Source of the DNA: an uncultured Gammaproteobacteria bacterium | GTDB lineage: Bacteria > Patescibacteriota > Patescibacteriia > UBA9934 | Direction of reading: 5' to 3' | DNA length: 64,000 bases | NCBI GenBank assembly: GCA_964414795.1 | Contig: CAYPWV010000001.1 | Coordinates: 5,221-69,220, forward strand | The notes under the pieces: model-generated | Told to the model about the DNA's origin: nothing | Database searches by the model: none | Seen by the model: the letters and a program-made list of their open reading frames with translations, nothing else | Translations under genes and position numbers: made by a program | Part shown: in pieces, positions 49,763-59,090 of the stretch | Numbering within the stretch: position 1 is the stretch's first letter | Layout of the letters: each line of letters opens with the position of its first letter

Positions 49763-50926
49763 TTATCGCAGCGCAAGGAGCGCAACAGGTGCTCGTTTTT
49801 CACTTTCGTATAACGCCGCAGTTTTCTTGACGATATCATCCCAATGATAGTCGGTTTCTACCACTTCTCGAGAGAGGCGACCCAGTGCAGTAGCCTGCAA
49901 AGGATCGCGTACCAAATCAAGAATGGCATGCGCAAGTGCATTGGTGTCTCCCACAGGAAAAGAAACGCCACTTTCTGCCAAGAGCTCCATATTTTCAGGA
50001 ATATCAGAACCTACGACCGCTTTTCCATAACTCATCGCTTCAAGAACAGCGATAGGCAATCCTTCACTTTGCGAAGGATGTGCAACGAATGATGCGCCCA
50101 TAAAGAGTGCCTCAAGCGATTCGCCCGTTTGATATCCCGTCATGACGATGGAGGAATCTGCAGATGCTTGTGCGCGCAATTGTGCAACATAATCATCGGT
50201 AAATGCAGAACCTCCGGCAATAGCGAGTTTCATGTTCTTCATGCGGATCGGATCAAGGTCACGAGCTTTTTGCCATGCAGCAATAAGCGTATGTGCTCCT
50301 TTGTGAGGAACAAGACGTGACACCATAAGCACGTAGCTGTACGGCTGCAAACCAAAGGCATCAAGAAGAATCGGATCAAGAGATACACGACGCGGTGTAA
50401 TACCGTTTGGAATATACGTCGCATCACTCTGCCACATTTCTTGCGTATATTTTGCAAGAGTTTTACTTACCACAATAGTTTTATGAGGGAACGCAAGCGC
50501 AGCCTTTTCTCCCAGCCACAACATAAGGCGCGCAAATGCACCCCACTTGGTATGCTCACGGTCAACACAGTGGAAGGTAACGATCGTTTTTGCGCGTGGT
50601 GCAAAAATACGAGGAAGAAACGCAAAAAGCGCAGGTCCTACACCGTGAAAGTGATACACATCAGGACGCTCAAAAAGAAGCGCATGCATAGTCGACAAAA
50701 ACGTATGGGATGCTGCGTCAGCATGCTTTGTGAAAAGTGAAGGAATACGAATCAAACCGATACCATTAAAAGATGGTCCGATATGCTTTCCTACATACCA
50801 AGGGCGAACATACGTCACGACTTCGTGACCCATGCGCACCAAACGCGTTGCCAATTCGGCAACGTGCGTTTCAATACCGCCAAAGCGGCTTGGAATGCCT
50901 TTTGTACCCAACATTGCGATTTTCAT
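49763..50926 (-). CDS. GT4 glycosyltransferase
   Basis: G.KGIP..FGGIE, RLVPHKG, EGLP...LEAMSYG. Confidence 0.92.
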   Translation of the reverse strand: MKIAMLGTKGIPSRFGGIETHVAELATRLVRMGHEVVTYVRPWYVGKHIGPSFNGIGLIRIPSLFTKHADAASHTFLSTMHALLFERPDVYHFHGVGPALFAFLPRIFAPRAKTIVTFHCVDREHTKWGAFARLMLWLGEKAALAFPHKTIVVSKTLAKYTQEMWQSDATYIPNGITPRRVSLDPILLDAFGLQPYSYVLMVSRLVPHKGAHTLIAAWQKARDLDPIRMKNMKLAIAGGSAFTDDYVAQLRAQASADSSIVMTGYQTGESLEALFMGASFVAHPSQSEGLPIAVLEAMSYGKAVVGSDIPENMELLAESGVSFPVGDTNALAHAILDLVRDPLQATALGRLSREVVETDYHWDDIVKKTAALYESEKRAPVALLALR

Positions 50927-51063
50927 AACCAGCCATTTTAGCAAAAATAGGGTATTTTGTCAATGCAAAACATGGCTTGTTTTTAGAGAAAAGGCGCCAT
51001 AAAAAGCGCTTATACTAGCGCTTTTATTAGTTATCCACATGTGTATATTTACAAAGGATGCTT

Positions 51064-52302
51064 CTATTGTATCGCCTCCGTATAGATGCCAAAAAGACCC
51101 TCCCAATGTTTATCCGGATCCCCTACCGCTATCCCTCGTACAGCGGCCTGGAGACGCATCTCTTGCACAGCGGAGGCGTTTTTATCGCCTTCAGAAGCAA
51201 GGAGAAAACGGATGTGTTTCTCCCACACATCAAGCGCATCCGGATGCTCCACAAACCCTGAAATGCCATGCTCCACAATCTCCGATAATCCCCCTTCGCT
51301 GCTCACGATTACGGGAGTTCCCAGCGACAATGACTCAAGCCCAACAAGACCAAAAGGCTCAGGCCACCGCGACGGCACAATAACGCCTGCCGCATGCTTG
51401 ATCATCTCCCAAAGTGCTTGAGGCGTTTGCACAGAAAGTACAGAAAGATTTTTTCTCTTGGCTGCAAGTTTGCGAAGCGGTTCTTCCTGAGCGCCATGAC
51501 CTACACATACAAACGTAACGTCCGGCATACGCACCACCAGCTCCATAAGTACATCAACGCCTTTATACGTTTCAAAACGACTAGCGAAAATAATTTGGGG
51601 GATACGATGTGTTCGTACGGGCGGAACATTTTCCGCCCCTACAGATGCTCCCGATGGCAACGGCAACACACGAATATTCATAGCGCGATACCCCCCATCA
51701 GTGAGTGCTTTTTTTACGGCATGCGATGCGGTGAGAATGTGCGTTACACCTTGCGTCCACATACCACACCTTTTTTGCACACGGACGACCGCATCCACAA
51801 CGCCCGTTGCAAACGCCGAATTTTTTATGCATTTCGTTCTCACCACGTCGCGCCACGACGCGTGCGCAGACAACGGACCCACGCCATCAAACAATCCGTA
51901 ATTTGCGCTGATATATCCGTAATCGTGCGCCGTGAGCACCACGGGAACACCCGCATCTTTTGCAGCACTCAGCACTGACGGCGAGAGATGTGTGTATAGA
52001 TTATGCGCGTGAATGACATCGGGCTTGAACGCAGCAATTATTGCGCGTGTTTTTTTATACGCTTCGTAACTCCAGAGTGTTCTTCCTAATTGTCGCAACG
52101 CCTGTATCCCCTTCCCCACGCCTGAGGTTTCAAGATTGCTTACAAAAAAATGCTCCCACGGTGAAGTATTATTTTCCGGATGATGCATGGCGAGCACGGC
52201 CGTTGCGTGGCCATGTGCATCCGCCAGGCGCATCACATCGTGCATATATCTCCCCACGCCATCGCGTTCGTGGTTGTATTTGTTAATGTGGAGAATGCGC
52301 AT
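51064..52302 (-). CDS. GT4 glycosyltransferase
   Basis: H.HN.Y.HLSPS, KG, PSRWPEPFGLV.LE. Confidence 0.92.
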   Translation of the reverse strand: MRILHINKYNHERDGVGRYMHDVMRLADAHGHATAVLAMHHPENNTSPWEHFFVSNLETSGVGKGIQALRQLGRTLWSYEAYKKTRAIIAAFKPDVIHAHNLYTHLSPSVLSAAKDAGVPVVLTAHDYGYISANYGLFDGVGPLSAHASWRDVVRTKCIKNSAFATGVVDAVVRVQKRCGMWTQGVTHILTASHAVKKALTDGGYRAMNIRVLPLPSGASVGAENVPPVRTHRIPQIIFASRFETYKGVDVLMELVVRMPDVTFVCVGHGAQEEPLRKLAAKRKNLSVLSVQTPQALWEMIKHAAGVIVPSRWPEPFGLVGLESLSLGTPVIVSSEGGLSEIVEHGISGFVEHPDALDVWEKHIRFLLASEGDKNASAVQEMRLQAAVRGIAVGDPDKHWEGLFGIYTEAIQ

Positions 52303-52309
52303 AGGGGAG

Positions 52310-52507
52310 AGTTTGAAGTTTGGAGTTGGTAGTTTGAAGTGAAAGGATGTTTTTTTTGTTGGATGAAGATGAAAGACAGCAGACTACAGACGACAGATTA
52401 GTGAAGTGATCAGAATCAGATATCTTTCATCTGTCGTCTGCTGTCTGTATTCTGTTATTTCAAAGGAACTACCTTTCACTTCAAACTCTTAACTTATAAC
52501 TTCACAC
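52310..52507. repeat. ~200-bp nested heptamer inverted-repeat element (copy 3)
   Basis: Aligns with 12286-12495; overlaps the stop codon of the upstream gene. Confidence 0.85.
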
Positions 52508-54038
52508 CTTCCCCATCATCACTCTTCACCCTCGACACCACAAAGCCACACAACACCCACACATACGGTGCCATGGTGCGGACTTCGAAAAAAGTGGCGA
52601 GGAAGGCGTTGAGGGAAAAAGCAACGAGAATTGCTGCCGTGGCTCCGGCAACGGCGCGAATGTCTTTATCTTCGTGATGGAGTGCGGTATGCACACACAA
52701 TAAAAACAAACTGATATAAAACCACAGAAAAGCGCCTAGTCCGATAATTCCAAGCTCGCCCCACAAACTCAACCAATTGTTATCAATATATCCGCCGGTT
52801 CCGTACACACCAAAAGGCAAACTTAAGCGATCGTACACGAGTGTATTCCCCAGTGCCGCAGCCGCACCACCTCCATACTGTCCAGGACCCACACCAAACA
52901 ACGGCGATGACGGCACCACGGTAAGCACGGTTTCCACAACCCAATAGAGGCGACCAAACCCGACATATTCCCCCCGCCAACGTTCGTAAGAAAATGCTTC
53001 AAAGAAACGTTCCGCAACCGTCTGCTCCGGAGTATCGGTAAGCGTGTTTACGAGAAGATTGCTGCCGAAGATGTAGGCCGCTAAAAGAAACGGTGCGATC
53101 ATTGCACACCACAACACGCGCTTATCTTTTTTAAGGAAAATGGCGTAGAAAAGAAAAGCGAGCAAAAATCCAAACCATGCAGAACGCGAATACGTTAACA
53201 CGAGCACAGGAATACCTAGCGCAAGAAGAACCATGCACGCTATTTTTGCCTGCTTTCCTAAACGCTTATCGTATAAAAAGGCAATGGTGAGCAAAAATAC
53301 GAGCGCCAAAAAAATACCCAACTGATCGTAACGCCCCATGGTGCCAAACACACGCTGCCCAGGATCCCAAAATTGATCGGTGCCTTCGGTGAGTTGGATG
53401 TTGCCGAGTGTTCTACGTTCTGAGGGGAGCAAAAAAGCATCGAATGATCCACCAGCAATAGCCTGCAATCCACCGATGGCAACTTGGATGCCCGCAACGG
53501 TTATCAAAATAATCAACAGTGATTTCATCCATTGTTTTGAAGGGGCAAGTTGCACTACGACAAAAAACAAAAGTAAGAAACGAATAAGCTGCCGCGCGCC
53601 AAGGAGCGCAATTGCCGGATCAATAACGTTCACCACAACAGACGCAACAATGGCTACCAAAAAAAAGAAAAATGGTGCATCAAGTGCTGAACGCTTCCAT
53701 TTCTTCTCATGCCAAAACATGTGCAAGAGCACTGACGCTACAAGCATGTACACCACAAGCTCAGAACCATAGCGCGCAAGGACATACACTTCATCGGGAA
53801 TCCACTTCAAAATAAACGGCTCAAACGGCAAATACGCAAGCAATCCCAAAAGCACCTGCTGCGGACGCCACCAGGCAAGTGCAATAAGCGCAACTCCTGC
53901 CGTAAGCGCAATCGTTACTGCGGGAGACGTGAATAACGACAAAAATAATGCACCGCCCACAATGGCAAATAGCACGATCATGGCAATGCGTGCCTTGGTA
54001 TCTGCAAGAAGGATATGAAGGTGAAGATGTTGCCGCAT
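52494..54038 (-). CDS. O-antigen ligase/polymerase-family membrane protein
   Basis: TYSRSAW, PLFGVGPG.Y, DN.WL..WGELG..G. Confidence 0.82.
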   Translation of the reverse strand: MRQHLHLHILLADTKARIAMIVLFAIVGGALFLSLFTSPAVTIALTAGVALIALAWWRPQQVLLGLLAYLPFEPFILKWIPDEVYVLARYGSELVVYMLVASVLLHMFWHEKKWKRSALDAPFFFFLVAIVASVVVNVIDPAIALLGARQLIRFLLLFFVVVQLAPSKQWMKSLLIILITVAGIQVAIGGLQAIAGGSFDAFLLPSERRTLGNIQLTEGTDQFWDPGQRVFGTMGRYDQLGIFLALVFLLTIAFLYDKRLGKQAKIACMVLLALGIPVLVLTYSRSAWFGFLLAFLFYAIFLKKDKRVLWCAMIAPFLLAAYIFGSNLLVNTLTDTPEQTVAERFFEAFSYERWRGEYVGFGRLYWVVETVLTVVPSSPLFGVGPGQYGGGAAAALGNTLVYDRLSLPFGVYGTGGYIDNNWLSLWGELGIIGLGAFLWFYISLFLLCVHTALHHEDKDIRAVAGATAAILVAFSLNAFLATFFEVRTMAPYVWVLCGFVVSRVKSDDGEGVKL

Positions 54039-54053
54039 AGGATTAAGAACTTC

Positions 54054-54692
54054 TTATTCCTCATGCACAATGCGGTGTTGGCGGCGGATGCGGTCGGCTT
54101 GGATGAGGACGTATCCTGCGCCGGCAATCAATCCAAGAAATAATCCGGAAAAAGCGTTTACTAAAATATTTGGGCGCACGGGATAACGTGAATTTACAGG
54201 ATCATCAATAACCTGCACAGAAATATCTCCCGTTGCGTAGCGCCAACCGTCGGTAACGTACACATATGCCACTGCAGAAGCGAGTGCTTCGGCCTCTTTT
54301 GGATCGGTGTGGTATGCGTGAATGGTCATGATGCCGCTGCCACGCGTAACGGATGTAGTAACCGTTTTCTCCCACTTCTTTTGAAATTTTAAAATATCTT
54401 CGGGAAAATAATCGCGATCAACGCCATAGCCCGCGTTAAATACCGCCGCATACACGGATGATGTACTTAACAGCGTAGCAAGTTGATCAGCCGCTGACTC
54501 TGCGCTCCGGCTTGCCGTGTAGGGATCAACGCCTTCTACTTTTGGCGTGATGAGAATTTTTGTTGTTGAACTGTATTCGAGCGGTTGCACCAACGAAACC
54601 ACCACCGCAAGCGCAAGGCTGATTGCAGAAAATACCAAGACCGTTGGCCACGCGCGGAGAATGGTTGTGAGTTGAGGAGCTGAGGAAGACAT
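54054..54692 (-). CDS. Wzz/CpsC-like chain-length regulator
   Basis: TM - P.EYSST - periplasmic domain - P.RPN...N - TM. Confidence 0.78.
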   Translation of the reverse strand: MSSSAPQLTTILRAWPTVLVFSAISLALAVVVSLVQPLEYSSTTKILITPKVEGVDPYTASRSAESAADQLATLLSTSSVYAAVFNAGYGVDRDYFPEDILKFQKKWEKTVTTSVTRGSGIMTIHAYHTDPKEAEALASAVAYVYVTDGWRYATGDISVQVIDDPVNSRYPVRPNILVNAFSGLFLGLIAGAGYVLIQADRIRRQHRIVHEE

Positions 54693-54705
54693 AGGGTGAG
54701 CGTAT

Positions 54706-55830
54706 TTAGTATACCAGCTCTTCCCATGTACCTAACGTTACGCTCATGTCTTTTACTTCCCCGCCGCGGGCAACTTGCAGAGTGACTTCTTGGCCAGGGG
54801 CGTACGTGGCAAGAATATCTGCGCACGTAACGGTTCGCGTAATACGCGTGTCATCCAAAGAAAGAATGATGTCGCCATTTGTTAAACCTGCACGATCTGC
54901 AGGACCATCTTTTACCACCGCGCTTCGCTCCCCTGCTTGCGCGATAACGAGTGCGCCCTCGGTGTACCCTTGTGTGAGCTCTGGATCGAGAGAAGAAATA
55001 CGCGAAAGATCCGCAAGAGAAACGCCGAGTGCGGCGTGGGCAATAGGCGACCCACGAAGTGCTTGTTTTACAAACGGACGAAGAGCTTGCGCAGGAATAA
55101 CGGTTCCGTCTTCTTCAACAAAACCAAACAGCCGTGTTTGCGAGGTAAGAAACGGTGTTCCGGGAGATGCCTCTTGCGCAATACGCCATACGGCACTTGG
55201 CTCTTCTGCAGAAACAATGCCATCCACACTTTGCATATCACGACTGACGACCGACGATGCATAAACCTCTCCTAAACTTCCTACACCAAAGATAGGAGCC
55301 CCAAGAAAGATCTCATCGCTTGCCGCAAGCTCAACCGGAGTCCAGCCTTGCGCATCTTGCACATGTATTGCAACCGCATCTGTTTGCGTATCTTCCACTA
55401 CCTTATCAGGAATAAACATTTCGCTTCCTCGCATCACCGAAAAACCGGTGTATCCGCCTTTTTTATCTGCATACCGCGCAAGCTGTGCACGTGTTGTGAG
55501 CATCCATCCATCCGCACTTACAACGACTCCTTCACCGTACACAAAATCATCTCCGAAAAGAAAAGGGCTTTGCGTTGCGTACGGGGTATCTACATCAACT
55601 ACATACACCACCGAATTCAAAACGGTTTCTTGTACTGCAGCAAGTGATTCTTCGAGCGTTGTGGGATTGAGTGCATGTTTTAAGGGAGTAAGTACCGCAA
55701 AGCGCCGATCATCTAAAAGAGATGCCGCATAGCGCTCGAGTGAATTACTCACAAGTACCGCCGAAGCCGTTCCTGCAAGCGCGGCTGCGAGAAGGGTGAG
55801 AAGAAAGATGAAGGGAAACTTTTTTTCCAT
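54706..55830 (-). CDS. HtrA-like trypsin + PDZ protein, catalytically degenerate
   Basis: G.GVVVS.DGW.LT; PDZ GPA..AGL..GDII; catalytic motifs missing. Confidence 0.8.
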   Translation of the reverse strand: MEKKFPFIFLLTLLAAALAGTASAVLVSNSLERYAASLLDDRRFAVLTPLKHALNPTTLEESLAAVQETVLNSVVYVVDVDTPYATQSPFLFGDDFVYGEGVVVSADGWMLTTRAQLARYADKKGGYTGFSVMRGSEMFIPDKVVEDTQTDAVAIHVQDAQGWTPVELAASDEIFLGAPIFGVGSLGEVYASSVVSRDMQSVDGIVSAEEPSAVWRIAQEASPGTPFLTSQTRLFGFVEEDGTVIPAQALRPFVKQALRGSPIAHAALGVSLADLSRISSLDPELTQGYTEGALVIAQAGERSAVVKDGPADRAGLTNGDIILSLDDTRITRTVTCADILATYAPGQEVTLQVARGGEVKDMSVTLGTWEELVY

Positions 55831-55966
55831 ATTTGATCGTCATGCCGGACACCCACCTCCGCTAAAGCTACGGTTGGGCAGGCCGATTCGGCATCTTTGA
55901 TTTTTAACTAATTTTTCTTGGAGACTATCCCTTGACAGCACCTATACCACGTGTTAATATAGTGGC

Positions 55967-56824
55967 ATGAAAACGCTGACTACAAGAGAATTCAATAAGA
56001 AATATACCAATGACGACGCTTGTCTTCAAGCTATTTTTGTAGCTCGATACGGTGGAGAAATATGTCCTTTCTGTCATAAGGAAGCGAATTTTTATAAATT
56101 AAATGGGCGAAAATGTTATCTCTGTTCTGTTTGCAAAGAGCATATTTATCCGTTGGCGGATACCATTTTTCACAAATCAGACACTCCTCTTAGAAGTTGG
56201 TTTGAAGCTATTTATAAGTTTGCCAATAGCCGTAATGGTGTAGCCGCTACCGAACTACAACGTGATCTTGGAGTGACCTATAAATGTGCATGGCGTATGG
56301 CGCGACAAATTCGTTTGCTATTTGAAACGAATAATCTTTTCCTGTCTGGCACGGTCGAAGCAGATGAGACATATGTCGGCGGCAAGCGGCGTGGTATTCG
56401 TGGTCGTGGTGCGAATGGTAAAACTCCGGTGTTCGGTATTGTAAAGCGCGGCGGTGAAGTCTTTGCTAAAACTGTGTCAAACGTGAAGGCATCAACTGTC
56501 ATGCCGTTAATCCGTAAGAATGTAAAGATTGGTACAACCGTAATGACGGACGAGTTCGGTATCTACAACAATACGAGACAATCCGGATACAGACATGAGC
56601 GTGTCAACCACGGAGCTAGGGAATACGTCCGTGGCGAAGTTCACACTAATACGATCGAAGGCTTCTGGTCACAGATGAAGCGGTCAATAGACGGTACACA
56701 CCACTCTGTAAGTTCTAAGCACCTCCAACACTACGTCGATGAATTCGCTTTTCGCTATAACCATCGGAACGCTTCATCTTTCCTTTTTGATCTGATGCTC
56801 GAACGGGCTGTGCAGCGATTTTAA
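55967..56824 (+). CDS. IS1595-family (ISXO2-like) transposase
   Basis: N-terminal CxxC..CxxC, VEADETYVGG, MTD, VNH...YV.G.VHTNTIEGFWS, Y.DEF.FRYN. Confidence 0.96.
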   Translation: MKTLTTREFNKKYTNDDACLQAIFVARYGGEICPFCHKEANFYKLNGRKCYLCSVCKEHIYPLADTIFHKSDTPLRSWFEAIYKFANSRNGVAATELQRDLGVTYKCAWRMARQIRLLFETNNLFLSGTVEADETYVGGKRRGIRGRGANGKTPVFGIVKRGGEVFAKTVSNVKASTVMPLIRKNVKIGTTVMTDEFGIYNNTRQSGYRHERVNHGAREYVRGEVHTNTIEGFWSQMKRSIDGTHHSVSSKHLQHYVDEFAFRYNHRNASSFLFDLMLERAVQRF

Positions 56825-56896
56825 TAATCGCATCAAAATCTTCGACAGTTATAGCCTTATTTTTAGCGGGTTTATTTTTCATATCTTAATAATACA

Positions 56897-57790
56897 CTAA
56901 TCTTCTACAGTTTTGGTATTCTTCATTTCGATCTCTTTTTCACTTTCGACCCTTTGCTGTCTTAGAGAGGGTTGATTTAATGTTTCAATTATCTTTATCG
57001 CCGGTGTGACAATGGCTATACCCATGTTGACATTTTTTTCTTCCTCTTTTTTCGCATCTTCATCAGAAGGTAAATTATCAATCGCATCTTCAGAAGTCGG
57101 ATAATGCCCATGGATTAAACCTCCTAACCAAAATGGTCTCCCTCCTACATATGTCGTTCCGTTCTTTTGATTCGGTTCTTGAAAAAAAACAGGAGATCCA
57201 CTGATTCCGCCGATTGACCTCGCTTCTATAAGATACGCATCAATCTCACCATAGCTGGAAGTTTTTATTTTTTCTTGGGAGAGCATCGCGACATTTCCGG
57301 TTCTGACAATGGGAAGATTCTTCTTTTGTCCGTAGTGTCTACTAAATAAACCGGTAATGAATACCTCATTTCCTATCCCGATTTTACCATCTTTAATATG
57401 CTCCTCTGTTAATAACATCTCAATAGGAATCGTCATAACGTCATGTCTCTCTCTATCAAGAGAAAAAGGAATAACTACAACATCAGCGGGATTGTTATCG
57501 TGATCCGGATGCTCGAACCAATCCGCTGAACCCCCTAAACTAACGATATCTTTTCCTCCGTCGTGTGTATTTATGCTAATTCTTAAATTATCCAGCCCAT
57601 ACTTTTTTACTTTTGCGATGTTATGATGAGCAGTAACTAAGTAAATGAAGCCAAGATTTTTATTTACATCTGAAGGAATGGAAACTAAGAATCCCGTTCC
57701 ACCAAAATGACAACTTTTTACATTTTTCTCATCAGTTTGTTCGATCCCGATAAAGACAACACACTTTAAAACTTCATCCGGTATGAACAT
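56897..57790 (-). CDS. Trypsin-like serine protease (IS passenger)
   Basis: GTGFLV, LVTAHH, ADV, GISGSPV. Start set at MFIPDE. Confidence 0.82.
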   Translation of the reverse strand: MFIPDEVLKCVVFIGIEQTDEKNVKSCHFGGTGFLVSIPSDVNKNLGFIYLVTAHHNIAKVKKYGLDNLRISINTHDGGKDIVSLGGSADWFEHPDHDNNPADVVVIPFSLDRERHDVMTIPIEMLLTEEHIKDGKIGIGNEVFITGLFSRHYGQKKNLPIVRTGNVAMLSQEKIKTSSYGEIDAYLIEARSIGGISGSPVFFQEPNQKNGTTYVGGRPFWLGGLIHGHYPTSEDAIDNLPSDEDAKKEEEKNVNMGIAIVTPAIKIIETLNQPSLRQQRVESEKEIEMKNTKTVED

Positions 57791-57943
57791 ATTCCAATCT
57801 TTTGGCGGACTTAGATAATAGCGGACAACGCCGCCTAAACGGGTGTCGCTAATCATATCGTTCGTATTGAGGTGCTGTCAAGGGATAGTCGCCTTTTTCT
57901 TTATGCGATGGATCCCGGGTCAAGCCCGGGATGACAGGACTTA

Positions 57944-58720
57944 TTAGCGCCACGGCGTAGTGAGAAATAACAGCAGCAGAAGCGCTCCTGCAAAAAGACT
58001 ATGACGCAACAACAATCGACGATGCACTTTTTGAAATGCGTGCGCACGCATAATGCCTAAGTACCATGCAGCGCATACTGCGAACACTGCAGCATTGGTA
58101 GTATATCCTGTTGGCAACCATGAACACGCAACGTAAATCTCGGTAAGGAGCAACGCACCAATACCTGCGTACATCCTTCCGGCCTCCCAGCTAATTTTAC
58201 TTACCCAAAATACCGCAACAAACACCGCAAACGTTATGAGCGCCATCACGAGCGCCATTGCCCACACCGGTGCTTCCAAAAATACTTGTGCGAGATACGT
58301 TGCGCTTGTGGTAAAAAACAATCCCCCTACCGCAAGCATGAGTGAAAGATATTCAAGCGAATAGGCTTGGTAGGTGCGTGGAAGATGATAAAAAGCAAAA
58401 ATATTTTCTGCAAAAAGTGCGAGACCGAGCGTTACCGCTCCGGCAAGAACCCATTTTGTTCCATCGCTTTCTAGGAGGAGAAAAAATGCGAGTGAAGACA
58501 AGAGGAGAAAAAGAGGCATGCCGAGAAATACCCAAAACCCTGTTCTCCGCACATCCCATACTAACAATCTTGCAAAGAGCAAAAGGATAAGACCGAAACA
58601 GATAAGCGCAGGGATGCCCCACGTAAACGGCGCAATAATAAGCACGATGAATCCCGCTGCGGCAAGGAACGCAATGGCAAACGGGGTAAGACGATGAAGA
58701 AAAATCACAGCGTAAGCCAA
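57944..58720 (-). CDS. Multi-TM hypothetical membrane protein
   Basis: About 9 hydrophobic helices; E......LP motif. Confidence 0.7.
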   Translation of the reverse strand: MAYAVIFLHRLTPFAIAFLAAAGFIVLIIAPFTWGIPALICFGLILLLFARLLVWDVRRTGFWVFLGMPLFLLLSSLAFFLLLESDGTKWVLAGAVTLGLALFAENIFAFYHLPRTYQAYSLEYLSLMLAVGGLFFTTSATYLAQVFLEAPVWAMALVMALITFAVFVAVFWVSKISWEAGRMYAGIGALLLTEIYVACSWLPTGYTTNAAVFAVCAAWYLGIMRAHAFQKVHRRLLLRHSLFAGALLLLLFLTTPWR

Positions 58721-59088
58721 GAATATTGAATATGTAACGCTTGCAAACGTAATTCTCCATCCTCCCTCTCTCCTGCAGCAAGTTTGCCAAATGCACCCAC
58801 AAGACCGATATGAATATCTTTCATGCTGGAGGGAATGCGGGTGATGTAGAGCAAGGTATCGTACGCCGCACTTGCATCGTGATCGGTATCATACGTATGC
58901 AAAACCACACGCACGGCGTTTTGATATTCTTCTTCACTTTGGGCAGGCTGCGAAGCATCCACCGCTTCTGCCGGAATACGATTTCCGGAACGTTCTTCTG
59001 CCTGGCGATGATATACCACCGCAACGCCCAGAAGAACGAGGAGCGTAATGCCGCTTGCAATGACAGGAAACCAATGGCGGGTAATCAT
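58705..59088 (-). CDS. Hypothetical membrane-anchored protein
   Basis: N-terminal TM and helical domain; operon packing. Confidence 0.6.
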   Translation of the reverse strand: MITRHWFPVIASGITLLVLLGVAVVYHRQAEERSGNRIPAEAVDASQPAQSEEEYQNAVRVVLHTYDTDHDASAAYDTLLYITRIPSSMKDIHIGLVGAFGKLAAGEREDGELRLQALHIQYSWLTL

Positions 59089-59090
59089 AG

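Larger units (their letters stand above)
55920..57893 (+). mobile_element. Complete IS1595-family element with passenger gene (1974 bp)
   Basis: 24-bp TIRs GG(A/C)GACTATCCCTTGACAGCACCT (23/24 match) at 55920-55943 and 57870-57893; 8-bp TSD TTTTTCTT at 55912-55919 and 57894-57901. Confidence 0.95.
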
